DNA of 64,000 nucleotides, from positions 1 through 64,000 of the forward strand of contig JAXLNO010000630.1 in NCBI GenBank assembly GCA_038087875.1, in the 5' to 3' direction. This DNA comes from Malacoraja senta. Taxonomy: Eukaryota. Each line of letters opens with the position of its first letter. Position 1 is the stretch's first letter. Of the stretch, positions 25,625 to 38,548 are shown in pieces. The notes under the pieces were generated by a model. It saw only the letters and a program-made list of their open reading frames with translations. It was not told the origin of the DNA and did not search any database. The position numbers and the translations under genes were made by a program.

Positions 25625-27180
25625 CAATTTTATTTCTATAGCACATTTAAAAACAACTCTCGTTGACCAAAGTGCTTTACATCAGTGCAGGTACTAACGT
25701 GCTACAAACAGTGGTACATAGATCTAACCATACATAAATACATACATACAGCGCTCCCTCAGAGGACCTCAAGAAACGCTTGTGAGTAGAAATAGGTTTT
25801 AAGACTAGACTTAAAGGAGTCGATGGAGGGGGCAGTTCTGATGAGAAGAGGGATGCAGTTCCACGGTCTAGGTGCTGCAACCGCAAACGCGCGATCGCCC
25901 CTGAGCTTAAACCTGGACCGCGGGATTATCAGTAGCCCCAAGTCGGCCGACCTGAGGGACCTGGAGGTAGAATGGTGGGTTAGCAGATTTTGATATAGGT
26001 GGGGGCTAGCCCTTTAAAGGGCTTTGTAGGAGGAGCTTGATATTGATTCTGTACCACTGGGAGCCAGTGGAGAGTGTCTAGAATCGGGGTGATGTGCTCC
26101 GTTTTACGGGTACCCGTCAGAAGTCTCGCTGCGGCGTTATGGACCAATTGCAGGTCGGGACAGGGATGATGGCTGATGCAGTGTATGGTGTGCAGTAATC
26201 AAGCGGGGGGAAATAAATGCGTGGATGATCTTTTCAAGAATCGTCGAATTGGAGGAATGGTTTGATTTTAGCTATCGTGCGAAGCTAGGAAGAAGCTAGC
26301 TTTTACCACAGCATTGACTTGTTTGTCAAACTTCAATGCGGAGTCAAATATCACGCCAAGGTTTTTGACGTGTGGTTTGAGTAAGGAGGTTAGGCTTCCA
26401 AGGCTGCCTGCTATCGTTTTAATGGAATCCGAGGGGCCCGACTAGGATGACCTCAGACTTGCTCTCGTTTAGTGGAGGTAGTTCTGCGCCTTCCCAACAC
26501 TTTATATCCTCGAGGCAGTGCATAAGGCTGAGTAGATTTGATCAATTTGGGGTTTCAAGGGAGATGGAGCTGTGTATCGTCTGCATAGCAGTGCCTTTGA
26601 ATGACTTGGCCTAGGGGGAGCATATACAGAGATAAGAGGATGGGGGCCTATGGAGCCTTGTGGAACCCCGCAGCTAAGGCTAGCTGGGAAAGAGAAGAGA
26701 TGCCTATGTTTGCTGGGAAACTCCTATCTTTGAGGTAGGAAACGAACCAGCTCAGGCAGTGACATCAATACCAACCCGTACCGGAGAGGGTCATTAGGAT
26801 TGGTGTGGTCCACTGTATCAAACGTTGCCGCTGTGGTCCAGAAGGGAGCAGGATTGCACAGTCGCCGGAGTCGATGGCGAGAAGCAGGTCGTTGTGTACC
26901 TTCAACAGGCAGACTCTGTGCTGTATGGGCCCTGAAACCTGATTGGAAACTTTCCATTATGGTATTTTGGTCGTACGTAAGGCATTAGTTGATTTAGAAT
27001 TACATTTTCAAGGACTTTTGAAAGGAAAGGCAGTTTGGAATAGGTCTGTAGTTGCTAGGCAGGGTGCGGTCTAGGTTAGTTTTTTTCAGGAGGGGCTGGA
27101 CCACGCGTGCTTGAAACCGGACGGAACAGTGCCAGTGGCCAGATAACTGTTGATGATAGTGGAACCTGGAGAACTGTAGA
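25625..27180 (-). mobile_element. L2-clade LINE 3' part (intronic), many single-base indels
   Basis: FQSGFR, FDTVDH and GDRAFAVAAP..WN motifs; tail tgtaaagcactttg...tgctatagaaataaa on the minus strand. Confidence 0.9.
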
Positions 27181-27547
27181 TCGGTGGAAAATCCTAGAAC
27201 GTGAACGCCTCTCACGCTGAACCCATCGCTGACTTGCAGGACTGGTGCATTTCTCTGACTGGTGCGGTTCTATTCTGCGTAAGGGGCCACAAACCAAGCT
27301 GACAGTGTGCAACTGGGATGACGCTCGAACTGCGCAATGCCGAAGTAGCTTTGTAACTTCTTGGATTTTTGCCGTTTCTTGGTAAAGTTGAAGCAACAAT
27401 GTTCCCTATAATTATCTTGCATCGGCTGAGACGTACGCTGGTTTTTGTGCATGCCGTTATCGATATGACTAAAAATGGTTTTATACCTTCTTTTCCACTT
27501 TGGTTTGCAATACACTGCAGATGTTACGTTCATTTGTACAAGTACCA

Positions 27548-27862
27548 GGGTGGCAACATTGCGCAGCTGGTAGAGCTGCCATCGCAGCGTCAGAGACCAG
27601 ATTCGATCCTTATCTAGGGTCAGTCTGTGTGGAATTCGCACCTTCTCCATGTCAACATGCGGATTTGTTTCGGTTGTTTGCTATCCCCCCCACCTCCCAC
27701 ATCGGCACGTTTGGCCCTTGTACATTATCTCTCGTAACTCCATATTGTTCAATCTGGTCTTTAATTTCAACGGATGATCGGTGATCGGCGTGGACTCGGT
27801 GGGCCGAGTGGTCTGTTTCCCTGTGTTTCTTTCAGTGAATTCAACCAATCAATCAATCAATC
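27548..27862 (+). mobile_element. Decayed V-SINE (HE1-like)
   Basis: A box gcgcagctggtagag, B box ttcgatcc, tail ctgtttccctgtg and (TCAA)n. Confidence 0.7.
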
Positions 27863-28272
27863 ACCTGTAAGGGTGTACACATTATTGCGGGTGAGAACGC
27901 CATGCTCCAGTTACATAGGGAAAATAATAGGTTACTTTCTTAGTCGGTTCCTCGCCGAATCTCTGTCTCTAAAAGGTTTGTTCGATCTGCGACAGACAGA
28001 CAGACAGACGGACAGACAGACAGACGGACAGACAGATAGACAAAAAGTGCTGGAGAAACTCAGCGGGTGCAGCAGCATCTATGGAGCGAAGGATATAGGC
28101 AACGTTTCGGGCCGAAACCCTTCATCAGACTTCCCTGACTTCAGACTTCAGAAGCGTTTCAGCCCGAAACGTTGCCTATTTCCTTCGCTCCATAGTTGCT
28201 CCTGCACCCGCGGAGTTTCTCCAGCACTTTTGGTCAACCTTCGATTTTCCAGCATCTGCAGTTCCTTCTGAA

Positions 28273-28296
28273 ACAGACAGACAGACAGACAGACAC

Positions 28297-28332
<36 letters not shown>

Positions 28333-28360
28333 CCAGACAGACAGACAGACAGACAGACAC

Positions 28361-28391
<31 letters not shown>

Positions 28392-28392
28392 C

Positions 28393-28477
<85 letters not shown>

Positions 28478-28478
28478 T
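28273..28478. repeat. (GACA)n microsatellite (a shorter one at 27991-28040)
   Basis: Tetranucleotide run. Confidence 0.99.
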
Positions 28479-28956
28479 AGATTTTCGGCACACCCCCGCC
28501 CACGGCCGGCACACTTTGTTCTTCGCGACCTCGACCTCCGATTCCGATTCCGATACCTTGCGCAACAAGACTCTCCAATATATTTTCCGCAGCAGAACCT
28601 GCTCTATTTATCGCCTTCACACCCACCCTTTCCCGAAAGCTCCGCGTGTTCACGATGCCCAATTTTGGGTTTTCCCGATGAATTGATCAGTCACCCATCA
28701 TTCTTCCCAGTCTAACACATCGATCTTACTGAGTTCACCGATCGAAAGCAGACTCAGTTTACACTCAAAGCAATTCAGTAACGTGAGTTTCAAACATATT
28801 ATGTGAATCCTCCTGCATCGCTGAACTGTTCAGTGAGACATTTTCGTACCAAAACACAGCCAAGAACGTGGACATTTCCGCGTGAAATTGTCAAACAGCT
28901 GTCCTGGCACTGGGACTAAACAGCATTATCTGACCTTTCTTTCCCCTATCTTGCAG

Positions 28957-29831
28957 TTAACTTGATTGCGATCGTGATCCTGTCTCGAGGAAAGTGCGGT
29001 CTATCGAAATGTGTCACTCGCTATCTGATCGCCATGGCGGCGTCCGACTTTTTTTTTCGTTCTCACTGATCCCCTTCTGAGGAGGATTGGTCGGTATTAT
29101 TTCACAAATTCTTTCCTACGCATCACTTCCGTGTGCAGTCTCACTGTCGTCTTGCTCGCAGCGGCCACGACTGTCTCCGTCTGGGTAACAGTCGCTTTCA
29201 CGTTTGATCGATTTGTGGCCATTTGTTATGAGAAGCTGAAAACGAGATATTGTACAGAGAGAACGGCGGCTGTAGTTATAGGGATAGTTTGTGTGCTGGG
29301 CTGTTTGGTGAGTGTTCCCTGGTACTTTATATATGAACCCAACCGTTACATTAACGGTGTTCCCTTGGGCTGTTATGTTACAATGCATTTCCTAACTTCA
29401 GAATCTTGGGCCGCATTTGACTTGATTGACCGTTTTTGATAACCCCCTTTATCCCGTTCTTTCTGATTTTATTGCTCAATATTCTGACGGTCAGACGGAT
29501 TTTAGCGGCAAGTAGAGTCCGCAGGGGGTTCCGGAGACGCAGCAATGGAGAGAACGACAAGGACCCGGAGATGGAGAACCGGAAGAATTCTATCCTGTTG
29601 CTCTTCAGTATAACGGGCAGTTTTATATTGTTGTGGTTGACAAAGGTTGTGTTTAATATTTACAGAAGATTAACAAACGTCAGGTATTATTCTTATTCTG
29701 ACCCAAATTACATCGCCCAAGCAGCGGCATTTATGCTGCAAGTGCTCAATTCCTGCACTAACACGTGCATTTATATCTTAACCCAGAGACGATTCAGGCA
29801 AGAGCTGTGGAACCTAGCGAGGTTTCCTTGA
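28957..29831 (+). CDS. GPR139-like exon 2 (TM1-TM7), with frameshifts
   Basis: Pyrimidine tract and TTGCAG acceptor; ORFs 29131-29439 and 29436-29831 give TM3-TM7. Confidence 0.88.
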
Positions 29832-29949
29832 ATCTAGTCATGAAATAGTTTAAATCGTAGTCGAAGGGTTACAAAGAGGTCAATTGAGTTATGTTTGTTC
29901 TTCCTAGAGTCACTCCATATTGCGTGTTGGATATATTTGCATTTAGGGT

Positions 29950-31215
29950 CGTAGAATCATCGAGTGATTCAGTGTGGAAACAGGCCCTTCGCCCCAACTT
30001 ACCCACAGCGGCCAACATGTCCCAGCTACACTAGTCCCAACCGCCTGCGCTTTGTCCATGTCCATCCAAACCTATCCTACCATGTGCATGTCTATCTGTT
30101 TACTGGACGTTTGGATAGTTCCTGCCTCAACTACCTCCCCCGGCAGCTTGTTCCATACACTCACGACCCTTCGTTTGAAAAAGTTACCTCAGATTCCTAT
30201 TCTATCTTTTCCCCTTCACCTTGAACTTATGTCCTCTGGTGCTCGATTCCCCTACTCTGGGCAAGAGACTCTGTGCTTCTAGCCCATCTATTCCTCTCAT
30301 AATTTTATACCCCCTCAAAATGATCACCCGCATCCTCCTGCGCTTCAATGAATAGAGACCCAGCCTATTCAACCTCTCTCTACAGCTCACACCCTCTAGA
30401 CCTGGCAATATTCTCGTACATCTTCGATGAACCCTTTCAACAGAACAATGGCCGTAGGATGATCTTTAACTTTGACAATAATGCTATTTTCTAAGATAAT
30501 GCTATCCGTTGTCTTACGACTAGTTCCGCGGGCGTCGCAAGTTCGTTTATTAAATAACTCGCTGAATGTGAATTAAATGTTGATATTGTTTTCCTTTAGC
30601 TCTGAAATCTCACATGGTTGTGCGATGTCTCGTTCATATTCTTTATATCCTAACGTGCCTTCGCATGTTGGTCTCATCAACATGGTTCACGTAGTAAGGG
30701 AAATGTAAAGTGGGAAAGCTCGCTAGATGAGGAGTAGGTCGAGCAGCTTTTCTTCTTCTTCTCTTTGACTGGTTCCCCATCTTGCGACACTTATTCACCT
30801 ATTAATATTCTCACGACTCTCATTCATCCCACGCTCTCCATAGAAACATAGGAACATAGCAACATAGGTGCAGGAGTAGGCCATTCGGCCTTTCGAGGCA
30901 GCACCGCCATTCAATATGATCATGGCTGAACATCAAAAATCAACACCCCGTTCCGGCTTTTTCCCCCCATATACCTTGATTTATTTAGCCCTAAGAGCTA
31001 ACTCTTATAACCGTCTCTTGAAAACATCCAGTGAATTGCCCTCCACTGCCATCTATGGCAGATAATTCCACAGATTCACAACTCTCTGGGTAAAAATGTT
31101 CCTCCTCATCTCAGTCCTAAATGGCCTACCCCTTATTCTTAAACCGTGACCACTGGTTATGCACCTCCGAACATAGGGAAACATTTTCCTTCATCTATCC
31201 TGTCCAATCCTTTAA
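29950..31215 (-). mobile_element. Two CR1 3' fragments (29950-30440 and 30840-31215)
   Basis: RERLNRLGLYSLKRRRMR motif and CR1 3' UTRs. Confidence 0.8.
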
Positions 31216-31611
31216 GAAAAGAATGAATTTCATATGTTTCTCTTTGTTTTTATTTCTCCATCTCACCCATCGTCGTTTTCCTTCTGTCCGCCTATGCAGG
31301 CGTCCATCTCTGTTCTGCCACCGCCATTCCCTCTCCTATATCACACGTATGTTAATTTTTCTTAACCAGTGGGATAACCAAGGAATCTTTACTTGATGCA
31401 GTCCATTACCATTTAACAAGAACACAGTTAATTGCCGATAATCTGTATTCCGAATCATGCTTAGTGTCTGCACTCCAAAGAATATTCATCCACTTCACTT
31501 TGCAAAACAGTGCCCTGAAACGACTAGATCCTTACTAAAACGCCCCGTATAGGCTTTACGTGTAGTAACGTACAATTTTCAATCCAAATCCACTATATCA
31601 AGACAAGGCTC

Positions 31612-32870
31612 CGCATGGCAGGCTGCTCTGGAAGTTTAGATCGCATGGGATCCAAGGAGAGATAGCTCCATGGATAGACCATTGGCTACATGGAAGGAAG
31701 CTGAGGGTGATGATGATGGCGAAAGGTTGCTTCTCGGACTGGAGGCCCGTGGCCTGTGGTGTGCCTCACGTTCCGGTGCCGGACCCGTTATTGTTTGTTA
31801 TAGATTTATGATTTGGATGAGAACACACACGGCTAGATGAGCAAGTTTGCAGATGATACAAACTGGGTGAATTTCCAGGTAGTGAAGATGGTTGTGAAAT
31901 TTTGCAACAGGATCTTGATCGATTGGCAAGGCGGGCTATGGAATCGTTGATGGAATTTAATACAGAGAAATGTGAGATGTTGCCTTTTGGGAAGTCTAAC
32001 ATTGGCAGCACTTACACAGTGAACGGAAGGGGTCGGGGGAGTGTTGTAGAGGAGAGCGATCCAACAGTTTAGGTGATTATTCCTTCAAGGTAGGATCGCA
32101 GGTAGATCTTGTGCTCAAAAAGGCTTTTGGCAAATTGAGCTGCATCAGTCAGACTGCTGTATAGAAGTTGGGAGGTCATCTTACAGTTGTACAACATGTT
32201 TTTGAGGCCGCATTTAGAGTATTGTGTTCAATTCTGGGCATCATGCCAGAGGGAAGATTTTGTCAATCTGGAAATGGTACAGAAAAGATTTACGAGGATG
32301 TTGTCATGACTCGATGGTCTAACCTACGGGGATGGATTGAGTAGGCTGGGACTCCATTCCTCGGAGCACAGGCGGGTGAGGGGAGATGAGAGGATGTGGG
32401 GTAAATGAATCAAGGGATATGGGGGAAAAGCAGGAACTGGGTACTTATTTTAGATAATCAGTCATAATCATATTGAATGGAGGTGCTGGCTCGATGGGCC
32501 GAATGGCCTACTCCTGCACCCATTTTTCTGTTTTTCCATATTTCCTATAGAGGTGTAATAAATCATAAGAGTAATAGATCGGGTAGATTCACACAGCCTC
32601 TTGTCCAGAGTAGGTGTTTCGAGGACCAGATGACATAGGTTTAGGTTGAAGGGGAAAAGATTTAATTGGAATCTGAGGGGTACCCTTTTCACACACATCG
32701 TGGTGCGTGTATGCAACAAGCTGCCAGAGAAATTAGGTGGGCCTGGGACTAGCCCAACATTTAACAAAGCGTTAGACAGGTTCATGGATAGGACAGGCTA
32801 GAGAAATATGGATCAAACGTGGGCAGGTGGGATTTGTGTAGCTGGGACTTGTTGGCCGGTGGGACATTTT
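31612..32870 (+). mobile_element. Decayed CR1 RT-to-3' fragment with a nested CR1 tail
   Basis: SKFADDTKL, EFNTEKC, and 3' UTR gggccgaatggcctactcctgcacc. Confidence 0.8.
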
Positions 32871-32879
32871 GACAGGCAG

Positions 32880-34082
32880 CTTCCCTGGAGAGAAGGAATG
32901 GGCGATGTTTCTGGTCGAGACCCTTTTTCAGACTGATATGAGACTGATGTCAGTGGAGCGAGCGGGACAAAGGTGGAATGTAGTCGGAGACAGTATGACT
33001 GGTGGGAGAACTGGAAAGGGAGGGGATAGAGAGAGAAAGCTGGGGATATTTAAAATTAAATTCATGCCGCTGGTGTGTAAACTAGCCAAGCGAAATATGA
33101 GGTGATATTCTTTCAATTTGCGCTGGGACACTCTAAACATGGAGGACGCCCTAGGACAGAAAGGTCAGATTGGGAATGGGAGGAGGAGATGAAGGGCTGA
33201 GCAACCGGGAGGTTAAGACGGACTGAGCGGAGGTGTTCACCAAAACGATCTCCGAGCCTGCGCTTGGTCTTGCCGATGTAGAGAAGTTGACACCTGGAAC
33301 AGAGACTACAGGTTGGCGGAGCTGCATGTGAACCTCTGCCTCACCTGGAAAGACTACTTGGGTCCTGGGATGGAGTCGAGGTGGAGGTAAAGGGACAGGT
33401 ATTGCATCTCCTGCTGTTGCAGGGGAAAGTGCCTGGAGAGGGACTTTATTTATATAGCACATCTGAAAAACAACTATCGTTGGCCAAAGTATTTTACATT
33501 GGTATAAGAATAGTACAACAAACAAACTACATACATGTAGCCCTCGCTCAGAGGATGTCAAGAAAGGCTTGGGAGCACAGATTAGTTTTTAGTCTCGACT
33601 TAAAGGAGTCGATGGAGGGGGCAGTTCTGATGGGAAGAGGGATGCTGTTCCACAGTCTAGGAGCTGCAGCCGCAAAGGCGCGGTCGCCCTGAGCTTATGC
33701 CTAGACCGCAGGATATTCGGCAACCCCAAGTCGGCCGATCTGAGGGACCTGGAGGTGGTGTTGTGGGTGAGCAGACTTTTAATGGAAGGGACGAGTTGAC
33801 TGGGAATTTCGAAGGGAACGGTCTCTGCGGAAATCCGAAAGGGGAGGAGATGGGAAGATGTGGCCAGTGGTGGGATCCCGTTGGAGGTGACGAACATGTC
33901 GGAGGATTATCTGTTGTAATGTGACGGCTGGTAGGGTGGAATGTGAGGACAAGGGGGACTCTGTCCTTGTTACGAGTGGGGGGATGGGGATTAAGAACGG
34001 AGCTGCGGGATAACGAGTATACCTTCGTGAGAACCTCATCTATAATGGAAGAAGGGAACCCCCGTTTCCTAAAGAATGAGGA
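32880..34082 (-). mobile_element. Penelope-like element 3' part (GIY-YIG endonuclease remnant), interrupted by an L2 tail at ~33445-33783
   Basis: Minus translation CSRCQLLYIGKTKRRLGDRFGEHLRSVR, followed by the pLTR repeat. Confidence 0.85.
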
Positions 34083-34198
34083 ATTATATGATTTTCTCAG
34101 GTACCTTCACATGGAAAGTCTCTTCTGTAATCCATTCAGAATCGGTATTGTTATAGGTATTCACTGACAGCCTCCACCGCCCTCGGTGGTTATGAGGT

Positions 34199-37100
34199 CG
34201 AAACGCCAAATAACCGAATGGAAACGAAGCCGAAACGCCAACTAACTGAAAGGGTGGGACGCGTAAATGCAAACTAACCGAAAGGGCGGGACGCCTAGAA
34301 GCGAATTAACCGAAAGGCTGCGTCACCTAAAAGCAAACTCACCGAATGGCCGCTCAGCCGAAACGCCACCTCCCCGAAAGGCGGCGTCGCCTATAAGCCA
34401 ACGGACCGAATGCCGCTTAACAGAAAAGTGAAATAACGGACATGACGTTGCCGGGGGGGCGGGACTTGTCAGCGATTTGTCCAGACCACCGCGTCCATCA
34501 CATCGCTGTGGAGGGATGAACATTTCCCACACCTCCGCTCCACCCGACCCACAGCCCGCGGAGGGTGGCTGTGGGGGAGTGGGAACTGTACCAAGGTATG
34601 CGCACCTACGGCCGCTTACAAATTGGTGCTTTGGTTCAGATTGCCCAGCACCTATGGCTTGTGTGGGAAAAGAAATCCCACGCTCCCGTCATCCCCTTCT
34701 CTCACCCCTTTTCTCTCTCTCCCTCCTTCTCTCTCCCTCTCCCCTCTCTCTCCCAATCTTTCTCTTCTCTCTCTCCCCTTTTCTCTCTTCTCCTCTCTCC
34801 CCCTCCTCTCTTTCCCCCTCTCTCTCCCCTTCTCTCTTTCTCTCCACTCTTCTCTCTCTCCCCCTCTATCTCTCCCCTTCTCTCTCTCTCCCCCTTTCTC
34901 TCTCACCCCCTCCCCTCTCGCTCCCCCTCTCTCTCCCTTCTCTCTCCCCTCCTCTCTCCCACTCCCTCTCTCTCCCCCCTCTCTCACCCTTCTCTCTCCC
35001 CTCTCTTTCTCTCCCCTTTTCTCTCTCTCCCCCCTCTTTCTCTCCTCTCGCTCACCACTCTTCTCTCCCCACCCCCACACTTATGCAGAGCGGCTATGGA
35101 AGTTGAGAAAACTGGCACTGACAGCAAAGATAGACACAACTTGCTGGAGTAACTCAGCGGAACAGGCAACATCTCTGGAGGGAAGGTGAGGTTTCGGGTC
35201 GAGACTCTTCAGACCCAGTCCGCTGAGTTACTCCAGTTTATTTTGTCCATCTTCGGTTAAAACAGTTTACAGATTCTGGTGTTTTGTGCGTGGGAGCTCG
35301 TGAGCGTTCCGCAAGCAATCAGACGGTAATAAATAAAACGTGTTTCTTGTTGTGAAGGGGGGGGGGAGTGGGAGGAGATAAAATTGTTCGTTGTCATGCA
35401 CACTTTCATGCACACTTGTCATCGGCTCGTCATGGAATGTGTCTCCCCTCCCATGTTTTAAAAGCGATTTACTATGCTCCGAGTCGTCTGTCCCCGAGGC
35501 CGGGGTGGGGGTGAATCTCCCGGTGTGGGTGTCATGGTCCGGGGGTCGGAGGGCGGGGGGGGCAGACGGCTCGGGGCATAGTAATGCGGAACGACCTGAA
35601 TGGCCTGAAGACTGGGTCTGAAGAGTCTCGACCCGAAAAGCCACCCATTCCTTCTCTCCAGAGCTGCTGCCTGTCCGATTGAGTCACTCCAGCATCTATA
35701 AAGTATAAAGTCTAAAGTTTCCTTTATTGTCATTCAAACTTTTAGTTTGAACGAAATTTCGTACCTTGCAGTCATGACAGAAAATAAAATAACAGAACAC
35801 ACAATGAACACAGTTTAACATCCACCAGGCACCTCCTCACTGTAATGGAAGGCAAACGTATTAAAGTCTTTATCTCTTCCTTCCTTATTCTCCCACTGCG
35901 TTGAGGCGATCCAGGCTTTCGATGTTGCCCTCCCACCCCGCCGGTTGATAGTAAGTCCTGCGGCCTTCTCCGAGCTCCGCGAAAGGCCCGGTTCAAACCA
36001 CGCGGCCCGGAGCGGACGAAGCTGCCACCCTCCAGTCCAGCGGACGAAGCTGTCGTTGCGGATGCTCCGGAGAATCGGTCACCAACCTGGGTCCTGCGAG
36101 CTCACTGCGAGCTCCCGATGTTGTCGTCCACTGGGCCCGCGGCCGAAGCCTCCGAGGCTCCGAAGTCGGGCCGCCGCTGCAGCGCCACCACAGCCCCGAA
36201 GTCGGCCAACTTCGCGATGGCGAGTCCTGGCTCTGCCTCCGGAGCCTCGAGGTCGGTCGCAGTTGGAGGCCGCCAATTCCGCGATTAGGCGTCAGCGCAG
36301 ACGGAGACGGAGACGGGGATACGACAAAAAAGGACGCATCTCCCCAATGGAAGAGAATTAAAACAAGTTTCCCCCATCCCCCACACATACACATCTAAAA
36401 ATAAACTAAAACATACCTCCAACAAGACAAAAAAAAAGAGGAAAAGACAGACGGACTGCAGGCGAGCCGCAACTGCATGGCAGCGCCGCCACTTCCGGAA
36501 TGTTGTGTCCATCTTTGCTGTCAATGCCAGTTTTCTCAACTTCCATAGCCGCTCTGCATAAGTGGGGAAGAGAGAGAGGGGGAGAGAGAGAGAACTTGGG
36601 AGAGTCCGAGAGAAGGGGAGAGGGAGAAGGGAGAGAGAAGGGGAGAGAGAGAGGATGGGAGAGAGAATGGGTAGAATGAGGAGAGAGAGTGGGAGAGAGA
36701 GGGGGGGGAGAGAAGAGAGGAGATAAAGAGAGAAGGGGAGAGAGAGAAGGGAGAGAAAGGGGGAGAGTGGAGGGGGAGAGAGAGGAGGAGAGAGAGACGG
36801 GGGAGAGACAGAAGGGAGTGAGAACGGGAGAGAGAGGGGAGGGAGATAGAGGAGGGGGAGAGAGAGGAGAAGGGAGAGAGAGGGGGCGAGAGAGAAAAGG
36901 GGAGAGAAAGAAAGCAGGGAAGAGAGAGAAGGGAGAGAGAGGGGAGAGAGAGAGGAGGGGAAGAGAGAGGTGGAGGGAGAGAGGAGGAGAGAGAGAAGGG
37001 GAGAAAGAGAAGGGAGAGAGAGAGGGGGAAGAGAGAGAAGATGGGAGAGAGAATGGGGAGACGGGAGCGTGGGGGTCATTTTCCCACACAACCTATAGGT

Positions 37101-37553
37101 GGATGGGCAATGTGAACCCAAGCACCAGGTTGTAAGTGGCCGAAGATGCGCATCCCTCGGAACAGCCCCCACTCTCCCACGGCCTCCCTCCGCGGGATGT
37201 GGGTCGGGTGCAGAGGAGGTGTGGGACAATGTTCATCCCTCCACAGTGCTGTGATGGACGCGGGGGTCCGGACCAATCGCTGACAGGTCCCGCCCCTCGG
37301 TAACGTCATGTCCGTTATTTGACTTTTCTGTTGAGCGGCATTCGGTCCGTTGGCTTGTAGGCGATGCTGCCTTTCGGGTAGGTGGCCTTTCGGCAGAGCG
37401 GCCATTCGGTGAGTTTGCTTTTAGGTGACGCAGTCTTTCGGTTAGTTGGCTTTTAGGCGTCCCGCCCGTTCGGTTAGTTTGCCTTTAGGCGTCCCACCCT
37501 TTCGGTTAGTTGGCGTTTCGGGTTCGTTTCCATTCGGTTATTTGGCGTTTCGG
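34199..37553. repeat. Large inverted repeat / foldback (arms 34199-35220 and 35610-37553)
   Basis: The arms are diverged reverse complements: CCGAA-rich subrepeats, unique core, CT/GA tract and a Penelope junction. Confidence 0.88.
35697..36496 (-). mobile_element. Second copy of the GGAAGTGGCGGCGC-headed SINE-like element
   Basis: Reverse-strand homology to 21421-22255; it interrupts the right foldback arm. Confidence 0.8.
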
Positions 37554-37824
37554 CTTCATTTCCATTCGGTTATTTGGCTTCCCCTTCTTTGCTTCGGCTT
37601 CTCGTCCGTTGGCGCTACGTCCGGGTAACACGCCCCCCCCCGGCCGTAAAGAAACACATTTGTGCCGTGACACCACAGGGTGCTAAATTCGCCATAGAAA
37701 GCAATTGAAATTGATATGCGAAGGCTAATATTGACTCTTGTGCAATAAGAATCTATTAATCAATGTACCAGACAACCTTTGGTACTTTCAGCTTGCAGTA
37801 ACGATAATAGTCAAGCCAACTTAA

Positions 37825-38548
37825 GTCACTTTTATTTCTATAGCACATTTAAAAAAACAACGCTCGATGACCAAAGTGCTTTACATTGGTGGAGGTACTA
37901 ACGTTATACAACATTGGTTCAAAAATTAAGTACATACATCAATACATACATCCTTCAGAGGATGCCAAGAAAGGCTTGAGAGTAAAGATGAGTTTTAATT
38001 CTCGACTTAAAAGAGTCGGTGGAGGGGGCAGTTTTGATGGGAAGAGGGATGCTGTTCTACAGTCTAGGAGCTGCAACCGCCAAGGCACGGTCGCCGCTGA
38101 GCTTATGCCTAGACCGCGGGATGTTCAGTAACCCCAAGTCGGCCGATCTGAGGGACCTGGAGGTGGTGTGGTGGGTAAGCAGACTTTTGATGTAGGTGGG
38201 GGCAAGCCCGTTAAGGGCTTTGTAAACATAAAGAAGGATCTTGAAATTTATTCGGAACCACACAGGGAGCCAGTGGAGAGAGACCAGAATCGGGGTGATG
38301 GGGTCCCTTTTTTGGGTGCCCGTCAGGAGTCTCGCTGCGGCGTTTTGGACCAGTTGCAGGCGGGATAGGGAAGATTGGCTGATGCCAGTGTAAAGGGAGT
38401 TGCAGTAATCGAGGCGGGAGGAGATAAATGTGTGGATGATCTTTTCGAGGTTATCAAATTGGAGGAATTGTTTTATTTTAGCTATCGTCCGAAGCTGGAA
38501 GAAGCTAGCTTTTACCACGGCATTGACTTGTTTGTCAATTTCAATGCT
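37825..38548 (-). mobile_element. L2 LINE 3' part, continuing at 46925-47330 after the L1 insertion
   Basis: ORF 38057-38518 (SRLDYCNSL, QNAAARLL, LHWLPV). Confidence 0.92.

Larger units (their letters stand above)
24332..29860 (+). pseudogene. GPR139-like: Two-exon class A GPCR of the GPR139/GPR142 family, frameshifted
   Basis: The spliced product reads MALAPIMRIERIYYPIISAIGIP-INLIAIVILSRGKCGLSKCVTRYLIAMAASD; DRF at the end of TM3; TM7 NSCTNTCIY; frameshifts at 29049-57, 29433-37 and probably 29828. Confidence 0.88.

Noticed and set aside
28148..28662. ORFs with CLSV/TDRQ repeats
   Set aside because: They are translations of (GACA)n.
34199..34430. Spaced CCGAA repeats resembling a CRISPR array
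   Set aside because: The repeats are short and degenerate, the spacers resemble each other, there are no cas genes, and the context is vertebrate.
34477..37229. Long Leu/Ser/Pro- or Glu/Arg/Gly-rich ORFs
   Set aside because: They come from low-complexity CT/GA tracts that lack stop codons.
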